A stretch of 64,000 nt of DNA from Isurus oxyrinchus. Its lineage: Eukaryota. Positions 1 through 12,874 of the stretch are shown here, piece by piece. Within the stretch, counting starts at the first letter, position 1. Every line of letters begins with the position of its first letter. The DNA lies in contig JANJGN010000026.1 of the NCBI GenBank assembly GCA_026770705.1, positions 34,844,001 through 34,908,000 on the forward strand, in the 5' to 3' direction. A program made the position numbers and the translations under genes. Under the pieces are notes generated by a model. That model saw only the letters and a list, made by a program, of their open reading frames with translations. It did no database searches and had not been told where the DNA came from.

Positions 1-900
1 TAGCCAAAAGATGTCATAGACAAAAGGACAAAGAGGTGTTGAAGGTGGTGATATTATCTAAGGAATGTGCTAATTAAGGGTAGAAAGCAGGACAAGCAAG
101 GTACAGTGGGGGTGGGGTGCGGTGAAGAGAAGGGATCGAAATAGTCTAAAAGATAGAGATAAAACAATGGATGGAAATACATTTTAAAATAATGGAAATG
201 GGTGGGAAAAGAAAAATCTATATAAATTATTGGAAAAAAATAGGGGGATCGGAAAGGGGGTGGGGATGGAGGAGAGAGTTCATGATCTAAAATTGTTGAA
301 CTCAATATTCAGTCCGGAAGGCTGTAAAGTGCCTAGCTGGAAGAATATTGAGTTCAACAATTTTAGATAACAAACTCTCTCCTCCATCATTATCCCCTTT
401 CTGATATGGCTTTTTTGCCAATAATTTATATAGATTTTTCTTCTCCCACCTATTTCCATTATTTTTAAATGTATTTCCATCCATTGTTTTATCTCTAGCT
501 TTTAGCCTATTTCGATCCCTTCCCTTCACCCCACCCCACCCCCACTAGAGCTATCTGTACCTTGCTTGTCCTGCTTTCTACCCTTAATTAGCACATTCCT
601 TCGATAATATCACCATCTTCAACACCAGTTTGTCCTTTTGTCTATTACATCTTTTGGCAATCTCTACCTATCACTGGCCCTCTATCCAGCTCTACCTGTA
701 CCACCACCAACCTCCCCCACCCCCGACCCCGCACCCTCCACCCCACCCTTAAACCAGCTTATATTTCACCTCTTTTCTATTTTGACTTCGTTCTGTTGAA
801 GCGTCATTCGGACTCGAAACATTAACTGTGTTCCTTTCCACAGATGCTGCCAGACCTGCTGAGATTTTGCATGTATTTTTATTTTTGTTTTGGATTTCCT
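1..900. mobile_element. Palindromic repeat element, probably Penelope-derived (arms ~1-310 and ~343-660), with shark repeat tail to ~900
   Basis: 1-310 is the reverse complement of ~343-660 (e.g. ATCTAAAATTGTTGAACTCAATATTC ~285-310 vs GAATATTGAGTTCAACAATTTTAGAT 343-368). The tail CAGATGCTGCCAGACCTGCTGAG recurs at ~12.3, ~14.2 and ~15.7 kb. The Penelope assignment is inferred. Confidence 0.6.
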
Positions 901-962
901 GCATCCACAGTTTTTTGCTTTTATTTTGGCTCCTAATAACCAATGTTCTTGTGAGTGAAAGA

Positions 963-1120
963 TGTGTGTGTGTCTGTGTGTGTGTGCATTTGTTTGTGCC
1001 ACTGTGTGTGTATCTGTGGGTCTCTGTGTGTGTGTGTGTCTGTGTGTCGCTGTTTGTGTGTCTGCGTGGCTCTGTCTGTGTGTGGCTGTGTGTGAATGTG
1101 TGCAGCTGTATGTGTGATTG
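963..1120. repeat. Imperfect (GT)n microsatellite
   Basis: Direct reading; explains the low-complexity VC/HT ORFs in the ORF track. Confidence 0.9.
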
Positions 1121-1725
1121 TGGATGCGGGTACGTCTAGAACATGTCATGCTTCATTGCTTGCAAAAGACATTATAATTATTTTCCAGCATGTTACCATA
1201 GTTTATTGAGAATATATCTATTTGCTGCCTATGCTGCCGTTAATATTTATCGGTAATGCATTGTCTTGAGTGTTCTGGAAAGTAATGCCAAGCTGGCCAT
1301 TCCGTTGTAAAGGAAAATGCATCTTTCAACTGACTCACTGAACTTCTTCCATCTCTTCCCTCTCTCAGACTTCACTTAACTCACACAGACGCACAACGGC
1401 CGGATCTGGCAGCTACGAGGAACCGATGTTTAAATCTTTTGCTTAAGGCACATTATCACTGAAAAGACCTCATCAGAGGAAAATTCAGTGCCATAAAGAC
1501 ACCAGCTCCCTCACTTAACCTCTCTCCTCTTTTTTTCCTCAGTCAGCACTTAAAACATTCCATTTCAGAATAACCCCCTGTGAGGGGTATTATTGTTTTA
1601 ATTTCCCCTCTTTTCTCTCAGTGATAACATTCAGTCCATCCCGCCTTCGGTTAATATGTTACAACCAAAACAATCTCATTTATTTAATTCTTTAAATTGG
1701 GAATGAAGGTGAATGTAATGCTGAG

Positions 1726-2000
1726 ACCGGAAGCAATCTGTGTGGCTGTTCTTGATGCTGTCAGAGTGAGTTCACCCTCACAGGCAGGAAGACTGTTCAC
1801 GGTGATAACATGAAACTGACGCCTGCTGTTTCATTCTCAGGTAACACAACTTCCTGTTTCTCTGCTGCCGGTTCCAAACCGCACATCTCACTTCTGAGCA
1901 GAAAATAAATCCAGGGGCCACAATCTGGTGAGAACATCTGTCAACGCGGCCTATATCTGGCAACAGAGTCAGGGCAGAGTCACACAGATCACATTGCGGT
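1726..2000. promoter_or_regulatory. Candidate lymphoid enhancer (ETS/RUNX/GATA/E-box/CRE cluster)
   Basis: ACCGGAAG 1726, CAGGAAG 1785, TGATAA 1803, TGACG 1817, ACTTCCTG 1849, AACCGCA 1877, CATCTG 1935, TGCGGT 1995. Motif content only. Confidence 0.3.
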
Positions 2001-4199
2001 GACATTTACAAATGAGCCTGCGTGATCCGTTTAGAGCTTCATTTCCAGGACATAATTGGATGGTCAGTCACTGAGCTCCCTGAGTCCCTGAAACAGGGAA
2101 ATGAGATCTTGCTACCTTTCAGTTTTCGTTGTCATGCTCCACCACCCGCCCCAACTCTAACTCCCCCTCCACACCCCACCAACACCGCCCCCCGCCATCC
2201 GCCACCCGCCACGCACACACCCTCCCTGCACGTACACTTTCCCTCCAAACTTGTTTCCTGTTTCTGTGCAACATTTCGTCTCCCTTGTTCATTTTAAGTC
2301 TCCTTCCCTAGTTTCATCTTTGATTATCTCTCTAGTGTATCTCCCTCCACCTCTCTGTGTGTCTATGAAATAGAAGCGTTCAAAATCATGGAAGTTTCAA
2401 TAATGTGAATAAAGAGAGACCATTTCAACTGGTAGGAGGGTCGGTAACCAGCTGACGCAAATTTACTTTTTTGAACAAGAAGGCAGGAGGATAATTGTTT
2501 ATTTTTTTTAACACGGCGAATTGTTCTGAACTGGAAGCACAGCTTGATAGGGTGATGGGATCAGATTAATAGTAACTTTGTAAAATGAATTCTATAAAGA
2601 CTTAAAAGGGTTAAAATTTGAAGGATTACAGGGAATGGGACCAATTGAAATGCTCATCTTTTTCATTGTCCCAGCATCTTTCCTGTATCTACCTCTGTCC
2701 TTCATTGAGCCCAAATAAAATGCAATAATTAGACAGCTTTTGTCTTCTGCTAATCCAGTCTTTTGACAGCGCTTGAGTGCGTGTATGTCGCTAATTGCCA
2801 GGAATCATTCAGAAGTTTACTACTGTTTACAAACCACTACTTTGAACAAAATAATAACACCGAATAGTGCTTGTTTAGTAGAAAGCACGATTATCTTTAA
2901 CATTTTCGGCTTTGATTCTTCCTCTGGTGAGGTTTTGGTGTTTAATCCTTTCAGTCATCATGTGCCTGAAGCTGACGGTTTAAACATTGGTTTCTACAAG
3001 CTGCCGGTTCCGGACCTTGCGTGTCTGTGTAAATGGAGAAATGTCGGTAACAATGAGAGGGAACAGGTTATTTTCTGTTCCTCTGACAGATGCAGCATTG
3101 ACCCCTCAGATATCAGAAATCTCTGGAGTCCGCCATGATTGTCCTCCCCTTGGGTATAACAGCTCTCAGTCAGGTGGAGTCAGTCACACGGGCCTCTGTC
3201 ATGATGTTTCCGCTCCGTTTTTACCACTCAAATCCCCGTGTCACTTACCATAACACAGAAGCCTGCGCTAAGGCCCTAAACATTATTGCTTCCTCGTTCT
3301 TTCACACCCTATTACAGTCAGATGCTTATTAGATCCTCTCTTTATGTCAGATTACCAGCAGCCTCTGTTACAGACACACTGGAGCCGGCCTCTGTGACTA
3401 TTATTGGACCAGGCCCCACTCTGGCCCGGGCCCGGCAGTCAGAATTCCCTTTGCAAATCCAAGGAGGCAGAGGTTGTTTGTAATTTTGGGGAGGGCGGGA
3501 AGGTGAAAGCAGCAACAATGTCCCAAGAACCCGTCCTTTGCTGGATGGAGAAACTGTCCAGAGTTTCTCTGTCTTTAATTCCTCCTCCTGAGTGTAAGAA
3601 AATAATGGATAAAAGAACAGAAAGGCTGACATATAAACTATCACCGTGAGCACTGGGAGTTATTAAATGGTCAACTCTCTGGATCGAGTCTTCAATCCAC
3701 AACCGTTTGACTCATGGGTAAAAGTGACGCTAATTCGTCAATGCTGACATGATGTATCCCCAGTTCCCATTGCATTAGTACAACATATGACCAATGCTAG
3801 AAACCAAAAAATCGAAAGTGCTGGAAATCCTCAACAGGTCAGACAGCAGGTGTCGAGCCTGTTTGTTTTCCGGTTCGTCATATACTTTGCAGCCTTGGGG
3901 AAAGGGTGGAGAGGAGGGAGGATTTTGGAGGCTGATTGCAAACCGGCGTTCTGTCACACCAACACACTTCCCGTGGTCAACGGAGCTGGGCGTGGAATCT
4001 GAACACAGATCTTACAGCTCAAAAGCAGGAGGACCGCCAACTGTACCACTCGGGAGTGCAGTGGCTGTGGAGAGAAGTGGAGTTAAAGTTTCTAATCGAT
4101 GACTCCGGTTCTGCTGAAAGGTCATCGCCATGAAACGTTCACTCTGTTTATCGCCACAGATTCTGTCTGACCTGCAGAGTGATTCCAGAATGTTATGTT

Positions 4200-5135
4200 G
4201 CATTTGCTATTACACTAGACTGTGTCAGTGTTATTGCACCAACTCCATCCCATTCATATTGCAGTGGTGCTTGACTCTGTTATTGGGCATTAGGCAAAAG
4301 ATTTGTTATTGTATCAATTGGCTCTGTCTCACACACACTATTATATCAGACCCAACTTCGATTTGGGTGGATCAGGTGCTGACTGTGTCATTATCACACT
4401 GGATCCAGTGATGTATTCAGTGATTCACTGCAACCCGCTATACTCTGTTATCATCAAACATTACACTAATTACACAGAGCTTTACTGTTCTTAATCTGTT
4501 CCCTATATCCATTGTATAAAACGCTGTCTCTGTAATAGTTGCATGAAGAGCCTACATGTCATTAAAATACTAATGCAAACCTCTTTCAATATTTCTGAAA
4601 ACCTTGTGCCGATCAGTTTTCAATAGTAACCTGATTCTGATATTGTTAATATTGACCCTGTTTCTGCTACTGTTTCGACATAACTTCTTTCTGTTGTTAT
4701 TTTGTACCAACTGTTTTTGTTATTATGATCACACAAATATCGGTTCACTTAATGTTATACCAAGTCCTCCCTCTCTCTTATTCCTGAACTAGCCAATTTC
4801 TCTGTTTATTTGACTCTTGGGCCAATTTGTGCTATCACCGCTCTAGCACATGCCTCTGTCTGTACTATACTAGGTATTGTGCCTGTTAGTACTTACACTA
4901 GCCGATACCTATGTTTATATTACACTATGTCCTGTCTCCGATATTAATGGATGGGCCCATATGCTTGGTTATATAACACCAGGTCTTGTCTCTGTTATTA
5001 CTTCATTAGTCGATATCTTTTTTTATATTAAACCAGATACTGTCTCTGTTATTAATGCAGTAACCCATATCTCTGCTTATGTTACACCAAGTTCGGTCTC
5101 TGTTTATACTCGACTAGGCCCTGGTTTATTTTCGT
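4200..5135 (-). repeat. Degenerate 27-bp minisatellite array (reverse orientation)
   Basis: Units are reverse complements of the AGTGTAATATAAACTGAGACAGGGTCT-type unit seen at 6.4-8.0 kb; boundaries approximate. Confidence 0.7.
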
Positions 5136-6399
5136 TAAGATTACATTGAATATACAACCTGCAGTTAAACCAATCCGTCCAAACATGATTTGAGTGGTTG
5201 TGGTGGGATTTGTCAAGGAAACAGTTGAAAAGGTGAAATAGAAATGGTGAAAGTTTCTGGAGAGCAGCAGGAGTTTCAATCCTTCCCATCAACAGGAATA
5301 ATAAATCGGAGAATTACAGGTGTATTAGTCTCATGTCAGGTGTAGGTAAAATTTGATTTTTGCCATCACTTGCACAAATCATCACACATTCGAGATTATC
5401 AGGAGCTTCTGAGAGATATTGAGGTGATCATTTGTTAAGAAACTGCTGGTTCTTCTGGATGTGACTACTCCACTTTCCAACTGATCACCGGAGACAGATA
5501 AAGCACCTTAGAAACAAAATCGTCACTCTGACATCACTTTGTAAACAAATGCGCACAACAGATTCGTTATCAATAAAAACTTACAGTATTAAACAACCTA
5601 CAATTTAAATAAATGCATAGTTTTGGATTTGAACCCAATCGCTGAAGGCAGGAGTGGACTGAAAGTTGTCACTGGGAGGAATGAAGAGAAATTGCGAAAA
5701 AAAAATTTCCAAAGAGTGTTATTAGATAACAAGAGATTCAAAATGAATAAGGGACTGTCTCAGAGAAAGAGAGAGAGAGCGGGTGTGTGTGTGTGTGTGT
5801 GGGTGGGAGGGGGGGGGGGGGTTGGTGGGGGGTGCGGGGGGTTGGGGGGAGTTAGATGGTGGGTGGAGAGAGAGCATGAGAGAAAAAGAAAGGTTGAGAG
5901 AGAGAGAGAGAGAAGAGGTTCAGTGAGTTAGACGCTGCCTCAGACAGAGAAAGAAGGGACATTCAATGAGTTTGGTGATAAACATGCTTGTCTTAGTGAC
6001 GACCGTGTCAGTATGACATCACTTTCTAAGCAAAAGTACACAACGAAACATGCTATCAATAAATGTTTACAGCACTAAATAATCCGCAGTGACAGTTTGA
6101 GTAAAAGAAAATTAAATATTGAAACAATCGGGTAAAGATCATCATTTATCTTTGAGAAACAGTGGTATAAGCAAGAAGCATGTTTTTTTTGTCTATACGG
6201 CACACATAACTGGCCATATCTGATCTATAATTTCTTTGACTAAAACGAAATGAAAATAACTGTCAGGCGCTGCAAAGAATGGGCCATCCAATACCTCCCG
6301 TTTTAGGCCAACGCCAGGGAACAATTCCCACCTCAACATCTTTGTGTATAATATTATCTCTCCAACTCACAGTTGCAGGAATCATAGAAACATGGCCAA

Positions 6400-8030
6400 G
6401 CGTAGAAATAACCGAGGCAGGGTTAGCGCACTAACACTGGGTCAATTGATATTAATCCTCTCTCGGGGCTAGAACAGTAATGATTGATTCGGCACATGGA
6501 TTAATAACACCCTGGACAGGGTCTGGTGCAATAATAACTCAGATTGCCTATAGTGTAAGATAAACAAAAACATGATCTAGTGGAATAAAAACAGAGACAG
6601 GGAAAGTGTAATAAAAAGAGATGTCTGGATTAGTGCTGCAGCTACTAAGACAGGGTTTAGCGTTGTATATACAGACGCTGGGCCCAGAGCAGTAATAACT
6701 GAGACTTTTCCACATGCAATACAACCAGAGCCACGGCCGAATTCAGGAGCAGCTGAGGCGAGGCCGAGCACTGAAATAACTGAGGCTGGAACTGGTGTAA
6801 TATTATCATGGACATACTCTATTTCAATATAAACAAAGTCAGGGTCTGGTGCAGTAATGCTGAGACAGGGCTGAGTGCACCAATTATTGATACAGCATCC
6901 ACGGTAATACAAACAAAGGCTGGGCCTAGTATCAGCAATTATTGAGCCAGGATCTAGTGCAGTAATAACAAACTTGGCCTTGTGTAGTATAAACAGAGAC
7001 ATGGCCTACACAGAAATAACATTGATAGGGCCTATTTTAATATAAACAGAGGAAATGTCTAGTGTAATATTAACTGAGACAGGGTCGAGTGTAATATAAA
7101 CTGAGAGAGGGTCTATTATAATGTAAACACAGATGTGCTCTGGTGTAATATAAACCGAGACGGGCTCCAGTATAATATTTTCTGAGACGGGGTCTAATGT
7201 AATATAAACTGAGACAGGGTCGAGTGTTATATAAACTGAGATAGGGTCTAACAGAATATGAGCAAAAAGGTGATCTAGTGTAATATAAACAGAGGCATGA
7301 TGTAGTGGAGTAAAATGTGAGGCAGTGCCGAGTGCAGTAATAATTGAGACAGTGTCTTGTGTAATATGAACACCGACATGGTCTAGTTCAGCAATGACTG
7401 GGGCAGGATCTAGTGAAAGGAAATTGACACGGGGTCTGTTGCAGTTTCATCTGATATAGGACCTTGTCTAATATAAACTGAGGCAGCGCCTAGTGCAATA
7501 ACTACCAACATAGGACCTGGATTAATATGAACAAAGATGTGGGCAAGTGCAGCAATAAGAAAGAGGCACGGTATTATACAATAATAACAATGACAGGGCA
7601 TCGTGTGATATAAACAGAGACATAGACTGGTGCAGCGTTCGCCAAGACATCCCCTAGTTTAGTATAAACTTGGCAGAGTCTAGTAGTGCAATAACTAAGA
7701 CAGAGCCTCGTGTCATGTAAACAGGAACATATTCTGGTTTCATATAAGTAGAGACAAGTACCAGTGCAGTAACAACTGAGACATGGACTATTGTCATATT
7801 AGCCAAGACATGGTTTAGTGCAGTGATAACTGAGAGAATGCATAGTGTAACATGGTCTTTGTCCTGTATATTGATTGAGATTGACCTATTATAGAAACAA
7901 CTGAGACACAACCTGCTGTAATATGATCAGAGACATCACTGAGTGTAATATATACAGTCAAAGGTCAAGTTTAATATGAACAGGGAAAGGGTTCAGTGCA
8001 GAAATGATTGAGACAGTGCTTGTTTCATAT
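6400..8030 (+). repeat. Degenerate 27-bp minisatellite array
   Basis: Clear 27-nt period at 7061-7300: AGTGTAATATTAACTGAGACAGGGTCG / AGTGTAATATAAACTGAGAGAGGGTCT etc. Confidence 0.85.
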
Positions 8031-8129
8031 AATGTCAGTATTCACTGTTTCACTGCCATCTACTGGACGGACCCTACTATTGCAGATGTTGTGAAAATGT
8101 CGATTTTCGTTGCTGCTTCCGACATTAAT

Positions 8130-9390
8130 GATAGAATCATGGAATTCTTACAGCGCAGGAGGATGCCATTCGGCCACTCCTGTCCGTGCTAACCCTCTGA
8201 AGGAGTAATTGACCTTGGGCCACAGCTTTCCCTGCAGTCCAGCATCTTTTTTCTTTTCAGATAAGGATCCAGTTTCGTTTTGAAAGCATCAATTGTCCCT
8301 CAATCCACCACACTGTCAGGCAGTGCATTCCAGATCCTAACCACTCACTGCGTGAAATGTTTTTCCTCTTGTCTCTATTGCTTCTTCTCCAGATTACTTT
8401 AAATCTGAGCCGTCTGGTTCTCAATCCTTCCACCAATGGGAACAATTTCTCCCTATCTACTCTGCCCCGGCCTTTCCTGATTTTTAATACCTGTATCAAA
8501 TCTCCTCTAAAACTTTTTCTCCTCAAACGAGATTGAAGCCAACCGCTCCACTCTTTATACATAACTGGAGTTCGTCACCCTTGAAACAATTTCCATGAAC
8601 CTTTGCTGTGCCCTTTCTCATGCCTTCAAATTCTTCCAAAAATGTAGTGCCCGCAATAAGATGCAATTCTCCAGTTGAGGCCTAACCAGTGTGCCACACA
8701 CGTTTAACATGACCTCTTTGCTTGTATACACTTTTCCTCTGTTAATAAAGCTCAGGATGTTGCATGATTTATTAATCGCGCTCTTTCAACTTGTCCTGCC
8801 ACCTTCAATGATTTATACACATTAACACCCAGGTCACTCGGCTCCTGCAGCCCCTTTGGAATCACACCCTTTCCTTTATACTGTCTGTCTGCGTTCTTCC
8901 CACCAAAATTTCATCAGTCACTTGTCCGCCCTTTCCCCCAACCTCTCGATGTCTTTTTGAATTTCTACACTATCCTCCTCATGGCCTGCAATGCTTCCAC
9001 ATTTCGCATCGTCCGTATGTTTTGACATTGTGCTCTGTACACCAAGGCCCAGGTTATGAATAAATATGATGAAAAGTAGGCGTTGTAACACTGACCCTTG
9101 GGGAACTTCATTATAACCCTTCCCCGAGTCCGAAAAACAAACGTTCAAAACTACTCTTTCTTTCCTGGCACTCAGCCAGTTCCCAATCCATGATGTTACT
9201 GTCCATTTTATTCCAGTGAGGTCCAACTTCGTTCACAAGTCTGTTGTGCGGCATTTTATCAAATGTCTTTTGGAGACCATGTAAACCACGTCAAAAGCAT
9301 TACCCTCATCAACCATCGCTGCTATGTCAACAAAAAACTCAAGCAAGTTAGTTAAATATGATTTTCCCTTAACAGATCCATGCTGGCTTA
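8130..9390 (-). mobile_element. CR1-type LINE, 3' RT fragment
   Basis: Minus-strand translations WIGNWLSARKERVVLN...VPQGSVL...DD and RGDLIQVLKIRKGRGRVDREKLFPL, typical of CR1 ORF2; frameshifted. Confidence 0.85.
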
Positions 9391-10665
9391 TTGTATCAAG
9401 AAACCACTACTACTGACGTATCGGCTCATTACCTCCTGAGCGAACTCCCAATACTTATGGTGAAACTGTGGCAGATTAACGTGGCTGATTTGCGCACTTT
9501 AAGGTCATGAGAAGAGCAAAGTGTCTCAATTCCTATTGATTAATTCTTGACGATCTTGTTTCAACCAAAGAATCTGGACCAAGGCGCATATTGTGGGAAT
9601 GATGGGAGCTTTAGTGACCAACTCAACCGGTGTGAAGTGGGGAGAGATTTTTTCTTCATGGAACCACCTGAAATGTGGTGGCGGTGATTTTCTCCGATTC
9701 TTCAGGTGCTACAGAACCTCCGAGGTAGGAAAGATGGGATCTTAAGTTGAAATATGTGTGTGTGAGTGAACGCATCAGATTTCCTGACAAGTGACGTCCA
9801 TAAAGATAAATGGCCAATTTTACCTGTTATGTGCCAGATTTTATTTTATTGAAAATGTATTTGCTGTTCGTTTAATGTCGTTAACATTGATTGAGAAGAC
9901 ACTGAGCATTCCCTTACCAAGGAACACATCTGTTCCTAGAATTCTGTTGGAAAATGGATTAAATTATTCCAAGGATGGTGAGCATAGACACACCAGTCTC
10001 TGCGGTTCAATGTTTAGTGCTTCGCTCAGCATTAAATAGAAGCTCCTGATATAAACGTTGAGAGTGTGATACGTTGTGCAAGTGATACTACATATATCTG
10101 ACATAAATTTGCTCAGTTTTAAAATCCCGATTTATTATTTCCCTCGCTTGGAAAGGAATGAAACACTTGCTGCTCTCCAGCAAGTTTCACACTATTTCTG
10201 TCGTCACGTTATTCCTTCTTACCCCACTACATTCATCATTTCCACCCAATGTCTTCCAACCCCTCGGGTTATGATGCAGTGAAATAAGAGTTTAAAAACA
10301 GCTTTACAAAATATAAAAGGCCCCATGCGCCAGAGCAATATAAGTGGGACAACTGGACAGAGTCTGATCCATTATCAACGAAGACATGGTCTCGAATGGG
10401 CATAAATTTCTGGGCTATGAGGAAACAGCGTGGGTGGTGGGGTGGGTGGGGTGTGGGGCGCGGCTGCGGGATGTGAGGTGGGGTTGGTGAGACAGCATGA
10501 GATAAATTCGATAGTTTTTTCTAAAAATGCTGGTACAATCCCGAGCAGCTGAATGACCTCCTTCCCAGCTGGGAGCACAGGTTCATTCTAGAAGCCTATG
10601 ACTTATTGGCTCAATCCAACACTTTTCATTTTGCACCTATAATTCATAAAAATGAAAAATATAAT

Positions 10666-10699
<34 letters not shown>

Positions 10700-11150
10700 T
10701 ACAGCGCCTTTCACGATCACCGGAAATCTCCGAGTGTTTAACAACCAAAAATGTTCTTATGATGTGTATTGACAGTTGTAATGTAGGAAACACCGCAGCC
10801 TGTTTGAGCACAGCAATCTCCCACAAACAGCAACATGACAATGACCAGGTAATCTGCGCCTCTGCGTATTTTAAAATGTTTATTAACCGATAAATGCTAA
10901 GGCACCGGGGATAACTCCCTGCACTTCCAGATGGAATAGTACCATGGAATCTTTCACATCGACCTGAGAGGGCAGACGGCTCCCAGTTTAATGTCAGAGG
11001 GGGAAGTGCTGCCAACTGAGCCACAGCTGACAACCAAAGTCCTTTGTGAATGAATATGACATAAATAAATATAAATCCAGGCATCCAATGGCTCAACTTT
11101 ATACATAGGTACATAGTTAAAACAGACTGAACCTGGCCCCAACGGTACCA
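10700..11150 (-). mobile_element. Deu-domain SINE (SacSINE1/AmnSINE-like) fragment
   Basis: CACAGCAATCTCCCACAAACAGC...GACCTGAGAGGGCAGACGG core; related copy at 41810-42150, opposite-strand pieces at ~53.0 and ~54.9 kb. Confidence 0.6.
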
Positions 11151-11617
11151 CAAAACCTATCATAGAGTTCCGCCGGTAGCACAGGCACTGACTGTGGGTG
11201 TGATCTAGAATCTGGCAACAGAATAGCTCCTTCATTGTGCGAGTTGTACTCTAAGATCCAACCAGTTTGTAGGTTAGCCAGAACTTCAAAGTAATTCAAA
11301 TGATTTGTGGACCAACTAGCTCATTTCCTTAAACAAACGAATATTCATTGGGCCTTGAATCGTTACAGAATTGGAGACCATTAATAGATTTCACCAATCG
11401 ATTAGGAGTGGTGAAAGGGTGGAGGATTATTGATAGAGTGAGAAACATCATTCAGTTGCAAGCCATCGATTGTATGGGAAAGTTGAAGATTTGGAACTAT
11501 CAATAGATCAAACTGTTAATATATTGAGGCACAGCTGATGTTTTTTAAACATAATCAATGACAAAAATACCAAGAAATATAAATTGCTTTGCAGTATGAC
11601 AGCCTGGGAACACCTAT

Positions 11618-12874
11618 TGTTATGAAAGTATAATAATTTAATAATATTCTTCTGGTTGATAGTAAGTTAGGTTTATTGGAGTGAGTATAGTTGGTTCTGT
11701 CTGGGTGATTTAAATACATTTGGAGTCAGATAGACTGCAAGCTTGGAATTATCAAAAGAAGCTAGCTGTAGAAATGTGTTTGAAATGCTAATTAATAAAC
11801 ATGGTGCTGGCTTAGCATCCAAGGTGGGAATGGAGTTTGCCTTTTTAGATAAATTAAAGGATTGTATGGATTTCGGTTTACAAGTAGCCAGCTAAGCAAG
11901 GCTAAGGAGTGTATTTATTTTTCCCAAAGGTTACTGATAATATTGGAGCATGAATTTTCCTTTATTATGGGAAAGGTACCGCTCCAAAGTCTATGGAACA
12001 ATAGAATTTACATATTAAGGAGAGATAAAAATACATAAAGGAGAATGAAAGACTATGTGAAACGAGGGCCATGTAAGATCTAACAGGAGTGAGTGAAACA
12101 GCCTTCAAGAAGCCTACAGCCTTTTGTGCATAAGCTGGCTCTGTCCAGTAACTGAAGCTGGAGCAAACCATTTGCAGTTCCACCTCCAAGTTAGAACTGG
12201 GATAACTTGCTGGTTTTCTTTTAAATATAAAATCACCCTGCCTGGGAACGTGGTGGAGGTGGGTTAAAAAACAAAAACAGAATTACCTCGAAAAACTCAG
12301 CAGGTCTGGCAGCATCAGCGGAGAAGAAAAGAGTTGACGTTTTGAGTCCTCATCACCCTTCAATAGAACTAGGTGAATCCAAGGAAGGTGTGAAATATAA
12401 GCTGGTTTAAGGTGTGTGTGTGTGTGTGTGTGTGTGTGGTGGGGGGGGGGGGGGGGTTGGTTGTTGGGTGGGGGGAGAGAAGTGTAGGGGGGGGTGGTGT
12501 GGGGTGTGGTTGTAGGGACAAGCAAGCTGCCTCTTCTGCACTGTGTGATTCTGAGATTCTGTGATTCTATGATTTTGGACTGCTGCCTTAAAAGGGGTAT
12601 GTAACTGAGAGTCAGGTTAATTCAGAATTTTAGGAATGCTACAGTATTGTGTAATAGCAGTATTATATATGTTTTTGAAATCTTTTATTTTGTCAATACA
12701 TATTTTAATTTAATTTTTACAATCTCTAGAAGTCTAAGTGGACTCGTTACCTCTGAAGGAAGTTCACTCATCTTCTCATCATAATTACAAATTGAAAACC
12801 TTTGTGATGGCGTGACCACATTTCCCTTGTGGATTTGGTCCGCCTGGCCACATATCATCTGCTACGCCATAACA
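11618..12874. mobile_element. Possible solo LTR with nested repeat insertion (~12240-12530)
   Basis: Termini TGTTATG (11618) ... CATAACA (12874) are inverted and TG..CA, but no matching TSD was found. Confidence 0.3.

Noticed and set aside
6577-7911. Minus-strand ORFs with 9-aa periodicity
   Set aside because: By-product of the 27-bp minisatellite; frames are interrupted by stops and lack gene structure.
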